Shown here one piece after another: positions 20,993 to 30,247 of a stretch of 64,000 nucleotides of DNA. Both the position numbers and the translations under genes were made by a program. The DNA lies in NCBI GenBank assembly GCA_963665095.1, contig OY762069.1, positions 6,528,001 to 6,592,000 of the forward strand, in the 5' to 3' direction. Under the pieces are notes generated by a model. The model was not told the origin of the DNA and made no database searches. It was given only the letters and a program-made list of their open reading frames with translations. The DNA comes from an uncultured Desulfobacter sp. (GTDB lineage Bacteria > Desulfobacterota > Desulfobacteria > Desulfobacterales > Desulfobacteraceae). Numbering within the stretch: the stretch's first letter is position 1; each line of letters starts with the position of its first letter.

Positions 20993-21439
20993 TTATAGTC
21001 CTATGGCAGCAACTTCTTCCCTGACATCCTCTTGCTCAAGCTCCTGCTCCATTGTCTGCTGCTCCTGTTCCCATTTTTCCCTGGCCCAGATCTCAAAACG
21101 ATCCAGAACCCCCACAAGGACGATTTCTTTGTCTATACCGGCATAGGTTCTAAGGTTCTGGGGAATCAGCACCCTGTCCTGCTTGTCGCATTTCAGCTGA
21201 CAGGCATTGCCCAGAAACCACCGTTTGAACCTCTGCATCGCAGCGCTGGTGGCCGTCTTGAAACGGTCTACAATATTTTTCCATTCGCTGACGGTAAAGG
21301 CATAAATACATCCGTCCTTGATGGATACCACAATCCCGTACTCATCCTCGGCCTGAAGCACCTTCCGGAACCGCGCCGGGATGATGAACCTGCCTTTTGG
21401 ATCTATGGTATGAAAGGAACTGGATTGAAACACTTGCAA
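20993..21439 (-). CDS. mraZ: Division/cell wall cluster transcriptional repressor MraZ
   Basis: Two DxxxR repeats (DPKGR, DKQDR), FEIW; first gene of the dcw cluster. Confidence 0.95.
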   Translation of the reverse strand: MQVFQSSSFHTIDPKGRFIIPARFRKVLQAEDEYGIVVSIKDGCIYAFTVSEWKNIVDRFKTATSAAMQRFKRWFLGNACQLKCDKQDRVLIPQNLRTYAGIDKEIVLVGVLDRFEIWAREKWEQEQQTMEQELEQEDVREEVAAIGL

Positions 21440-21460
21440 ACGCCTTTTTTAAAACTACAT

Positions 21461-21513
21461 CCACTTTACACCCACCTTGCTGCCACTTTTACGAAAAATA
21501 TAAGAGAAGTCAA
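21461..21513 (-). promoter_or_regulatory. dcw promoter (TTGACT -35) with three GTGG MraZ-type boxes
   Basis: Minus strand reads TTGACT-N16-TAAAA GTGG cagcaag GTGG gtgtaaa GTGG, directly upstream of mraZ. Confidence 0.7.
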
Positions 21514-21748
21514 GCGAAATTTTGGAAACTTTGAAAAAAAAGTTCTTGAATTACCTGTTAATAAAACAAATTTTACGATAAGGCAAGGGGGGGGAGGCGG
21601 GTGGAGGATTATGGAAGAGGAGGGGTGTTATCAGGGGTATTGTTTAAAAATATGATTTTAAATCAGATAATTAGCTGGTTCCACCACTGTCTCTATGGCA
21701 TGGTGGTAGGATTGTGGAGGAGAGGTGGATAGAATATGGCAACTTCTG

Positions 21749-23302
21749 TCATGAGGCCAGCAGTTGTCTGACGGCACCGGTAAGTTCCTCAAACCCATAG
21801 GGCCTGGTTATAACACCTGTCAGACCGAGATCCTTGTACCCAGACAGGGCCAGTGCGCCGGCATCCCCTGTGGTGGCAGCAATCCGGGCTGACGGATCAA
21901 TATCCAGAATGGTTTTTACCGTCTTAAGTTTCTCCGTGTCCCCGGGTGTTTTTAAGTCCATAATCATCAGGTCAAAGGAGACCTTCTCTTTCATGGCCTC
22001 CCGGTACAAGGCCACTGCTTCCTGCCCGTCCCGGGCCAAACTGACTTTGTACCCCGAGTTTTCCAGAATTTTTTGGGTAATGGCACGAACCGGGGTTTCA
22101 TCATCCACCACCAGGATACTGGCCCGGCCATCAGCCTGTCGGCTGTTGTCTGCTGCTGTTCTCCGGTTCGGTCGCGTCTTTATCCGGGCCGGCAGATACA
22201 CAGTGGCAACCGTACCCTCCCCGAGCTGGGAGGCAACGGTTAGATGGCCTTTATGCCGGTTGACGATGGAGTAGCAGATGGACAGCCCCATGCCGCAGGC
22301 ATCCTGCCGGGTGGTGAAGTAGGGGTCAAATATCCTGTTCAGGTATTTTTCCGAGATGCCTTCCCCCTGGTCCCGGAAGACCAGTTTAATATATGCCCCT
22401 TTGGCAATGGTCAGAAGATTGTCCTTTAACAGGTGTGAATTTGAAATTTCAATACAAAGTGTGCCTTGTTCGTTCATGGCCTGGCGGGCATTCACCACTA
22501 TATTGCCCACCACCTGCTCCAGTTGTTTTTTGTCTGCGTGGATCAGCCACAAATCTTCGGGGGCGGTCAGTTCTATACGGACATCGGAACCGGCAAGGTT
22601 CAAACCCGCGATGTCCCGGATCATGGGTACAGGGTTGAAATACTCTTTAAGAGGAGAGCCACCTTTGGCAAAGGTTAACAGCTGACGGGTCAGCCGGACC
22701 GCCTCTTCCATGGAGGATTCCGCCTTTTGAAGGTGGGCCAGAACCTTGGGCTTTTCTCTGGCCTCCAGTTTGGCCAGGGTAATGTTTCCATAGAGCCCGG
22801 TCATAATATTATTGAAATTATGGGCAATTCCGCCGGCAAGCGCGCCGATGGATTTCAGTCGTTCGGCATTCAGGCGGGTCTGCGAGGACTTGTCTTCTCC
22901 ATTCGGCTCTGGTCTTTTTTTTACCAGAACCTGGTATGTGCAGGCATCCTGGCCGGTATCGGGGGCCTGGCAGATAAACAGATCAACAGACTGAGGCTCA
23001 CCGGTTTTCAGATGTATCCGGGTGCTTACACTGATCAGGGGGCGGTCAGACAGTTTGACATGCAGCGGCAGGACAAGACCATTCTGGATAAGTTCGGGAA
23101 ACAGTGCATCAAGAGGGCTGTTACCAAGCTCTTCAGGCTCATACAAACACAGCCGGGTAACGCTGTTATTGGCTTTAAGAATGGTGCCGCGGTCAGATAA
23201 AAGCAGCAGCGCATCCTCTGAATTTTCAAAGTATGACTGAAAAGCAGCGTTAATCTCACTCTGAGCCGCCTCTTCAAACATGGTCTGCTGGATAGGGCTC
23301 AT
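21749..23302 (-). CDS. Hybrid sensor histidine kinase (PAS-HisKA-HATPase-REC)
   Basis: GGIAHNFNN H-box, NARQAM, DQGEGI, FDPYFTT, GMGL, C-terminal receiver (LVVDDE...MD). Confidence 0.93.
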   Translation of the reverse strand: MSPIQQTMFEEAAQSEINAAFQSYFENSEDALLLLSDRGTILKANNSVTRLCLYEPEELGNSPLDALFPELIQNGLVLPLHVKLSDRPLISVSTRIHLKTGEPQSVDLFICQAPDTGQDACTYQVLVKKRPEPNGEDKSSQTRLNAERLKSIGALAGGIAHNFNNIMTGLYGNITLAKLEAREKPKVLAHLQKAESSMEEAVRLTRQLLTFAKGGSPLKEYFNPVPMIRDIAGLNLAGSDVRIELTAPEDLWLIHADKKQLEQVVGNIVVNARQAMNEQGTLCIEISNSHLLKDNLLTIAKGAYIKLVFRDQGEGISEKYLNRIFDPYFTTRQDACGMGLSICYSIVNRHKGHLTVASQLGEGTVATVYLPARIKTRPNRRTAADNSRQADGRASILVVDDETPVRAITQKILENSGYKVSLARDGQEAVALYREAMKEKVSFDLMIMDLKTPGDTEKLKTVKTILDIDPSARIAATTGDAGALALSGYKDLGLTGVITRPYGFEELTGAVRQLLAS

Positions 23303-23412
23303 TTTTCCCTGCTGTCTTTGTTAAGGTAAATGCTTTAGCCGTTCAAACAAAGGTTCCCGTTCAGACATGATATATCAGGCTGACATCCTGATCCTCAATA
23401 TTTAAAGTGTGC

Positions 23413-24135
23413 TTAAAGTTCCCTTGCAACGGTCTGGCGAACCTGGTCGACTTTTTCATTCAGTTCTGCCTTGCTGCAGTTCGGGATGTACACAGGCGGG
23501 TGAATGACAAGATCCACAGTGCCCGGCACAAGGTCCAGCGTGTCAGAGGGTAGAATTTTTACTGAATTTTTAATGGTCACCGGCAACACAGGCAGGCCGG
23601 TGGTCATGGCAAAAATAAATGCCCCTTTTTTAAAAGGCAGAAGTTTAACGCCTCTGGATCTTGTTCCTTCTGCAAAAAAAAGAACACTGGCTTTGTCTGA
23701 CAAAGTTTTCTTTGCTGCTTCTATGGATCTTATGGCTGCATCCGGATGCGAGCGGTCAACATAAATGCAGCCTAAATATGAGCAGGCTTTACTGAAAACA
23801 GGAATGTTTTTAAGTTCCTGTTTCATCACCCATTTGATGTTAAGTCCTGTAAAACCGTGCAGCACAGGAATATCCACCATGCTTTGGTGGTTGGAGACCA
23901 CCACGTAGGGAGATCCGGGATTATAGTTCTCTCTTCCCAGGATTCTGACCCGTAACGGCACCGTGGCACAAAATATCCTGGCCCAGGTCACGGCCAGCAT
24001 ATCAGCTCTGTCGGGGCCAAAAATTGCCCCGACAAAGATACAGATGATACCCATGACCAGGGTGTTTAACACCATGGCTGGGATGACGATCAGCCATTTG
24101 TATGGCTGGTAGGCTATTTTAAATAGGGCCTTCAC
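23413..24135 (-). CDS. plsC: 1-acyl-sn-glycerol-3-phosphate acyltransferase
   Basis: NHQSMVD, FAEGTRS, FKKGAF. Confidence 0.9.
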   Translation of the reverse strand: MKALFKIAYQPYKWLIVIPAMVLNTLVMGIICIFVGAIFGPDRADMLAVTWARIFCATVPLRVRILGRENYNPGSPYVVVSNHQSMVDIPVLHGFTGLNIKWVMKQELKNIPVFSKACSYLGCIYVDRSHPDAAIRSIEAAKKTLSDKASVLFFAEGTRSRGVKLLPFKKGAFIFAMTTGLPVLPVTIKNSVKILPSDTLDLVPGTVDLVIHPPVYIPNCSKAELNEKVDQVRQTVAREL

Positions 24136-25157
24136 TTAGTGCTGGATTCAGCGCTGTCCTGTTTTTCAATGCCAAGCAGTTTGTCAGTATACGAATTGAT
24201 GTCTTCAGCTTTAAACCCTTTCAGGGTAAACGCATAGGGAATAGATGAGCAGATCGCCTCCACGTCTTTTTCAGCATCTTTCTGATCAAATAAATTTAGA
24301 ACAAAATTCCGGTCATTTTCAAGTAAAATTTTGCAGGCCGGCATTTCCTTCGTAAGTACAGTTGCCCTCTCCTCGTCCACAAAAGAGTCACATGCCAGTT
24401 TGGACAGGGATGACAGAAGGTCGGACACACTGTCTTTATCCACAGGTGTGCCATCCTGGTTCTGCCAGACAAATTTTACTTTGCCGGCTGCGGCTTTGGT
24501 ATCAGCAGGTTCTTCTGTATTCTGATCCGTGCTGTCGGTTTGTTTGGGGTCTGTCTTCTCTTCGGGCAGTGCCACTTTGACCAGGGTCACGGTGTTGCCC
24601 TGTTTATCCACTGTGATTTTTTTAATGCTGTCCGCTTCAAATTCCAGAACCTTTTTGTCCCTGAAATCCTGCACGGTTTTGTCAAACTGGTCTTTGAAAT
24701 TTCCATTGGCCTGATATACCATCTTGTTTTGTTCATCCAGGCAGATAAAGGTGTGGTTATGGGAGGGGGCAGTTTTTCCCACGAAAAAGGAGTGAAGCAC
24801 ATCCTTGTCTGCAAAGGCGGTGACCCTTACAGCATTGGCATCATCAAGTTCATACCGGGACAGATCCTTTGCCTCGGACACGAGAGCCGACAGACGCAGC
24901 GCCTTTAAGGTGGCAAGCATCTGGGTGACCTGGGCCTGGTCTGCCGGGTATTTTTTGTCGGTCAGGGTCCAGCCTTTTTCATCCTTGTTCAGGACCACTT
25001 TGCGGTCTGCCTTTACAATTTCCATATGGTTGACACGATCTGTGTCCACCTGGGGCAGGGTCGGCAGTTCGTAATGGACCTGGTTGTCCTTTTTCAGATA
25101 AAGATAGGCGCTCAAACCGATAATCAAGACAATAAGGATAATATATTCTTTTTTCAT
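24132..25157 (-). CDS. DUF4340-type membrane-anchored periplasmic protein
   Basis: N-terminal TM, W...YPAD and FRDK motifs; usual partner downstream of GldG-like genes. Confidence 0.75.
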   Translation of the reverse strand: MKKEYIILIVLIIGLSAYLYLKKDNQVHYELPTLPQVDTDRVNHMEIVKADRKVVLNKDEKGWTLTDKKYPADQAQVTQMLATLKALRLSALVSEAKDLSRYELDDANAVRVTAFADKDVLHSFFVGKTAPSHNHTFICLDEQNKMVYQANGNFKDQFDKTVQDFRDKKVLEFEADSIKKITVDKQGNTVTLVKVALPEEKTDPKQTDSTDQNTEEPADTKAAAGKVKFVWQNQDGTPVDKDSVSDLLSSLSKLACDSFVDEERATVLTKEMPACKILLENDRNFVLNLFDQKDAEKDVEAICSSIPYAFTLKGFKAEDINSYTDKLLGIEKQDSAESSTK

Positions 25158-25179
25158 GGTTTTTCCTTGGCTAGGTTAT

Positions 25180-27375
25180 TTAACTGAACATCCGTGCAAT
25201 TTTTTTCTTCTTCATGCTCCTGAAAAACCAGACGCCTATGCCGAACAGGAACACCAGCACACAAAGCCCTGCGGTGTTGAATGCCTTGATGATATTTTTG
25301 GTTAAAGGTCCGGTTTCGGCAATGGGATTCAGGGTCTGCTGCTTACTTCTGAGCTCAGCTGTGCTGTCATCTGCGTTGAGATGGTCAACGGCATTGAGCA
25401 GGAAGGTGGCGTTGGTGGTACGGCCCTGTTCATCCAGCATGTTGTCATACAGAACCTGACTGCACCCTAACACAAAGACCTTTGCCGGTGCGCTGCTTTC
25501 AATGATACGGTTGCTGGCCTCAAGCCCTTCAAGGGTTTTGGCTGGCTCATCTGCTGCTGGTTTGTCAACAGCTGTGTCGTTGTTTTCTGTATCTGCATCG
25601 GGCGTGTCAGTGTCGCCTACCTCTTTTTCAGGCACCTGCTTGCCTTTAAAGTATGAGGTAAACTCTCCCTCCAGAATATAGGCCAGGTCATGGGAGGAGA
25701 GATCTTTGTCTGTTGATGGCGGGCTTAGGAACATGGGATTCAGGTTAATATTATCCTCCATGAGCCACGCCTGGTCAGAGGAGGCCAGAAGCCTGATTGC
25801 TGTTACCTTTGCCTCATCCTGACCGCCCTTGACAGGGGTGACAGGGGAGCTTTGCATGACCACAAGGCCCTTGATGCTCTTCATGAAGGCGGGATCATTG
25901 TTGATGCCTTCCTCCTTGAGCACCGGTGCAAAGTAAATGGCCTGCTCGCCACCGCCCCGGGACTGGGGCAGCTGTTGTTTATAGCAGTTTTTATCCAGGA
26001 CATATGCCTTTTCAATGTCCACCCCGTAGTGCTTCAGCAGCTTCTCCAGGCCTGTGTCAATGGGGCCAAAGGAGGGCATACCCATCATGCCGCCCTGGCC
26101 CTGTTCTTCAAAGGCGTCTGCGAAAATGGCCAGATTGGTGCCTTTCATCAGGGCCTGGTCGATCTGGAACAGTTCATAATCTGAAAAATGTTTGGTGGGT
26201 TTGGCAATGATCAGGCAGTTGAGGCCTTCGGGGATGTCGTCCTTTTCCAGGGCAATCTGTCTGACATTGTATCTGGCACTTAAAAGGTTGTTGAATATGG
26301 AAAGCCCATTTCCTGCCCGGCCCTGCATCATGGCCATGCGATCCGGGCCCAGGATCGGGGTCCCGTGGTCGGACAGATACCCGATATCCTTGTTGATACC
26401 GATCATTTTTTCCATAATGGCAATAATCTCGTCGCCAAGCCCCTGGGGATCGGCCATCTGGTAGGTGGTGCCGATGATGGGAATCTCTACTGCCGTAATC
26501 AGTGGAAGGGTCTGGGTTTTGTCTTTGTATTCCACCACAAGACCGGCTGTGCCCGCACCCGCCCGGATGCTTTTTTCCGGGACATCCGGCCAGCGCATGG
26601 CCATCAGATCATACTTTCTGGCAACTTTATCAAGTTCATCAGGGTCACTGACATCTTTTCGTTCAAATTCAAAAATGCCAAGATTCTTATGGTTGAGCTT
26701 ATCCACGGCATCTGCCACAGCATCGCCAAGCCGGGGCAGGTCCGGAAGCCCGATCAGGGGTGCAATGGGGTAGAGCCCGGGGCTTAAGTACATTGTGATT
26801 TTTATTTTATCTGTCTGGCGCAGCAATGCAGAGACTTTGTTGTTCAGTTTGCGGATGGCGCAGGTGAGCTGGTATTCAAGCCCGTCCGTGGTGGTGATGG
26901 CAGGAATTTTTTCAATCAGATCGCCGTGGAGGATGACAAGCCCCATATAGGCATTTTTAAACTTGAGTTCATCATTTTCCATGACCCGGATCTGAACCGG
27001 AGATATACCGTAATCCCGGGCCATCTCCCGGTTTTTATCGGCCTTGTCCGCGATATCGGTCTCCTGGGATACATTATAGAAGGTAAAATTAAAGTACTTT
27101 CCGGCCCGGGCCGCGTATTCGGTGAGCAGGTCCCTGAGGTACCGTTCTGTGTTGTTGTGCGGTGCCGGCAGGTTTTTAGAGAAAAACACCTTGATATTGA
27201 GGGGCTCGGACAGGGTGGATACCGCCTCTTTACTGGCATCGGACAGAGAATAAATTTTGTTGTCTGTGAGATCTGCCCTGAAAAAAAGTGTCAGGCCTGC
27301 CACATTGACAAGGACAATCACCACCATATAGAGGATGAATTTCAGATAGTGTTCTTTAAGGAAACGCTTTGGCAT
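25180..27375 (-). CDS. GldG-family ABC transporter auxiliary component
   Basis: RADLTDNKIYSLS, LEYQLT, IDQALMKG, N- and C-terminal TM helices. Confidence 0.85.
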   Translation of the reverse strand: MPKRFLKEHYLKFILYMVVIVLVNVAGLTLFFRADLTDNKIYSLSDASKEAVSTLSEPLNIKVFFSKNLPAPHNNTERYLRDLLTEYAARAGKYFNFTFYNVSQETDIADKADKNREMARDYGISPVQIRVMENDELKFKNAYMGLVILHGDLIEKIPAITTTDGLEYQLTCAIRKLNNKVSALLRQTDKIKITMYLSPGLYPIAPLIGLPDLPRLGDAVADAVDKLNHKNLGIFEFERKDVSDPDELDKVARKYDLMAMRWPDVPEKSIRAGAGTAGLVVEYKDKTQTLPLITAVEIPIIGTTYQMADPQGLGDEIIAIMEKMIGINKDIGYLSDHGTPILGPDRMAMMQGRAGNGLSIFNNLLSARYNVRQIALEKDDIPEGLNCLIIAKPTKHFSDYELFQIDQALMKGTNLAIFADAFEEQGQGGMMGMPSFGPIDTGLEKLLKHYGVDIEKAYVLDKNCYKQQLPQSRGGGEQAIYFAPVLKEEGINNDPAFMKSIKGLVVMQSSPVTPVKGGQDEAKVTAIRLLASSDQAWLMEDNINLNPMFLSPPSTDKDLSSHDLAYILEGEFTSYFKGKQVPEKEVGDTDTPDADTENNDTAVDKPAADEPAKTLEGLEASNRIIESSAPAKVFVLGCSQVLYDNMLDEQGRTTNATFLLNAVDHLNADDSTAELRSKQQTLNPIAETGPLTKNIIKAFNTAGLCVLVFLFGIGVWFFRSMKKKKIARMFS

Positions 27376-27384
27376 GATCACTCC

Positions 27385-28089
27385 TTAATTTTTTTCTTTC
27401 ATGGCAATATCGGTTGAGAAGATGAAGATAAAGATAACGGATGCAAAGTAAACAAGATCCCGTGAATCAATCACACCCTTGGAGATGTTGGAAAAATGGG
27501 CATTGGCACCGAGGTACTGGGCAATGGGGACCACTTTTTCAGGAATGAAAAAAAGCATCCGGTCAAGAATGGTTAAGGCAAAGCACATGGCACATCCAAT
27601 GATAAAGGCAATGATCTGATTCCGGGTCAGGGCAGAGGCAAAAAGCCCGATACTGCAGTAGGCTCCCCCGAGAAGTATTGCGCCGAGATACCCCCCTAAA
27701 ACAGGACCTGGGTCCACATCCCCTATGGAGGAGATAAATATCGGATAGGAGAGGGTCGGCAGCAGCATGGCCGCTGTAAAAGCGCTGGCCGCAAGGAATT
27801 TGCCAATGGCAATATGGGAAAAGGAGACCGGCATGGTCAAAAGGCTTTCATAGGAGCCCACGTTTTTCTCTTCGGCAAACAGGCGCATGGTAACCGCCGG
27901 GATGAAGAAAGAAAAGGTCATGGGCAGCAGCGCGAAAAAATCCCTGAGATCTGCCCGGCCGTAAATAAAAAAGGTGGAAAAGAAAAACCAGCCGGAGACA
28001 ATGAGGAAAAGGGAAATTACAATATAGGCTATGGGTGAAATAAAATAGTCCTTAAATTCCTTCAGGGCTATTGTTTTGATTGGTGTCAT
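27385..28089 (-). CDS. GldF-like ABC-2 permease
   Basis: KEFKDYFISPIAY, TMRLFAEEK..G..ESLLT, SALTRNQIIA. Confidence 0.9.
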   Translation of the reverse strand: MTPIKTIALKEFKDYFISPIAYIVISLFLIVSGWFFFSTFFIYGRADLRDFFALLPMTFSFFIPAVTMRLFAEEKNVGSYESLLTMPVSFSHIAIGKFLAASAFTAAMLLPTLSYPIFISSIGDVDPGPVLGGYLGAILLGGAYCSIGLFASALTRNQIIAFIIGCAMCFALTILDRMLFFIPEKVVPIAQYLGANAHFSNISKGVIDSRDLVYFASVIFIFIFSTDIAMKEKN

Positions 28090-29036
28090 GCGGATGCGCC
28101 CTCCCGTGTCAGTTCCTGGAAAATCTGTTCAAGGGCCTGGGACTGTCTTGACAGTTCTGTGATGATCCAGTCGGTTTGTTTGATGGACAGATAAAGATCC
28201 CGGCGAATGTCTCTGTCTTCGCTGCAGCAGATGTCAAAGCTGATACCTTCGTTTTCCGGGGTGTCCGCCACTGTGATGCTCAGATCATTGTCCAAAGCAC
28301 CAAGGCGGGCCAGGGCTGCCGGCGTGTCTGCGTTCATCAGGGTCAGCCGGACCACGGATTTGTGGCGGGCATGGGCTTTGAGATGGTCTGTGCTGTCGTC
28401 CGCCACTTTTTTGCCCTTGTTGATAATGGCGATGCGGTCACAGGTGGCTTCAGCCTCGGAAAGAATATGGGTGGAAAAGATAATGGTCTTTTCTTTACCA
28501 ATACTTTTGATAATATCCCGGATTTCTGCAATCTGGTTGGGATCCAGGCCCGAGGTGGGTTCGTCCAGGATCAGGATGTCCGGATCGGAGATCATGGCAT
28601 GGGCAAGGCCCACCCGCTGGCGAAGCCCCTTGGAGAGGTTGCCGATGGGCTTGGCCATGATGCCGGTCAGACCGCACAGCCTGGCAAGTTCCCTGAACCG
28701 GGTCTGTCTGGCATCCGGGTCATTGATCCCCTTGAGCCTGGCCACATAGTCCAGATAATCAAAGACCAGCATATTGTGGTACAAGGGGGCTGACTCCGGC
28801 AGATATCCCATCATGGATTTTATTTTCAGGGTGTCCCTGGGCATTTCAAGGTCATTGACCTTAATGGTGCCGGATGTGGGGGCAAAAAAGCCTGTGAGCA
28901 TTCGCAGGGTAGTTGTTTTTCCTGCGCCGTTGGGGCCGAGAAGGCCAAGTATCTGGCCGGGTTCAATGGTGAGGCTGATGCCGTCAACCGCACAAAAGTC
29001 ACCGTAATACTTGGTCAGGTTCTGAACATCAATCAA
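28086..29036 (-). CDS. GldA-like ABC transporter ATP-binding protein
   Basis: GPNGAGKT, LSKGLRQRVG, LDEPTSGLDP, STHIL. Confidence 0.95.
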   Translation of the reverse strand: MIDVQNLTKYYGDFCAVDGISLTIEPGQILGLLGPNGAGKTTTLRMLTGFFAPTSGTIKVNDLEMPRDTLKIKSMMGYLPESAPLYHNMLVFDYLDYVARLKGINDPDARQTRFRELARLCGLTGIMAKPIGNLSKGLRQRVGLAHAMISDPDILILDEPTSGLDPNQIAEIRDIIKSIGKEKTIIFSTHILSEAEATCDRIAIINKGKKVADDSTDHLKAHARHKSVVRLTLMNADTPAALARLGALDNDLSITVADTPENEGISFDICCSEDRDIRRDLYLSIKQTDWIITELSRQSQALEQIFQELTREGASA

Positions 29037-29045
29037 TGTCTTCTC

Positions 29046-29621
29046 CTAAAAGTCTTCAAGTACTTTGCTTTTATCAAGGAACGCATCCACGTCCCCTGCA
29101 GTTTTTTTCATTGTTTCCAACAGTTTTTCAAGATGCCGGCAAAAAGGATCGTCCGCTCCCAGTGTTTGAACCGATGTGCGGTACAGCGACAGAATGCTGC
29201 CGAACCGCTTCTTCATTTCAATGGCCAGCTTTTTGCGTTCTTCATGCCTGATTTTTTCGGACTGGATAACGGATTCCAGTTTTTTGATAGAGTACTCAAC
29301 CAGCGCATCCCGGGGCATGTTATAGGTTTCCGAGATGGCCGTCAATGCCTCAATGGTCCTGCGGCTCAGAACAAAGGTTTTCTGTTTTCTGGGCAGCTGC
29401 TTGAACTGGCGTATCCGGATGGACTGGGCCAGCTGGTCCAGGGCGGAATGGTCCTCAATAATGTGGTCAAACAAAGATTTCTGTTTGATCCCCATGTGGA
29501 CCGCCACAAGGCCGATGGCATCAATGGCCTTCTGGGAGAGTTTAAATGTTGCTCTGACCGATTGCTTCCCCCTTAGATCGAACATGGAAAGCCCGTCAAG
29601 GGGATCATTGGGTTCCGACAT
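29046..29621 (-). CDS. Hypothetical protein with two tandem ribbon-helix-helix-like repeats
   Basis: SVRATFKLSQKAIDAI...KQKSLFDHII and RKQKTFVLSRRTIEAL...PRDALVEYSI share the RHH pattern; 9 bp upstream of the ABC operon. Confidence 0.65.
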   Translation of the reverse strand: MSEPNDPLDGLSMFDLRGKQSVRATFKLSQKAIDAIGLVAVHMGIKQKSLFDHIIEDHSALDQLAQSIRIRQFKQLPRKQKTFVLSRRTIEALTAISETYNMPRDALVEYSIKKLESVIQSEKIRHEERKKLAIEMKKRFGSILSLYRTSVQTLGADDPFCRHLEKLLETMKKTAGDVDAFLDKSKVLEDF

Positions 29622-29800
29622 GCTTTCTGCCTTTCAGATCGCGGTATTATTGCTGTGCTGCGATCCGGAAAAGTAATGTATATTTATTGTGACCGGGTAT
29701 GTTAGCCCAAATATTTGGGGGGATCAATATTAAATAAAAGGATGATCAAAATGTAATTTAGTGTCTGATGATGCATATGATTTCAGGGGATTGACAGCTC

Positions 29801-30073
29801 CTAACGTTGCCCTGTTACAATCGTTCCCCACTGAGCGTCCTGAAGTTCTTCCACTAATTCGAAACCGGATTTTTTATAAAGGTGTCTTGCCGCCTCCAAC
29901 CCCTTAAATGTCCACAGGTACACTCTTTCAAAGGCCATTTCATTACAAAAATCAATAGCACAGCTCATCAGGTTGTTACCGGCTCCGCCGCCTATGGCTT
30001 TGTCAGAAACAATAAACCAGCGAAGATGGGCTGTGTTTAATTCTTCTGAAGAACCGTCAATGGCGATTGACCC
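29801..30073 (-). pseudogene. C-terminal fragment of a GNAT acetyltransferase (MarR-GNAT type)
   Basis: Manual translation GSIAIDG...AHLRWFIVS...GGGAG...VYLWTFKGLEAARHLYKKSGF...QWG; the N-terminal half is missing and an in-frame stop precedes it. Confidence 0.75.
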
Positions 30074-30247
30074 TTATTGCCAATTTGTTTGATCTGTCAT
30101 ACCCCTAATCCGGCATGATATTAGGGTGTCTGATCAGCTTTGTTCGGACAAAAACTGAGACACTTCACAGGTGGCAACAAAGGACCGATAATCGTAATTA
30201 TTTATAAAACCGTTTCAAACGGATGTGGGGTCGTGACCCGCAATAAC

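Noticed and set aside
30091..30150. Possible second attC or IS3-like terminal repeat (TGTTCGGACAAAAACTGAGACAC)
   Set aside because: L-box pairing and the GTT core do not fit an attC. No transposase or partner end is visible, so it cannot be supported without a search.
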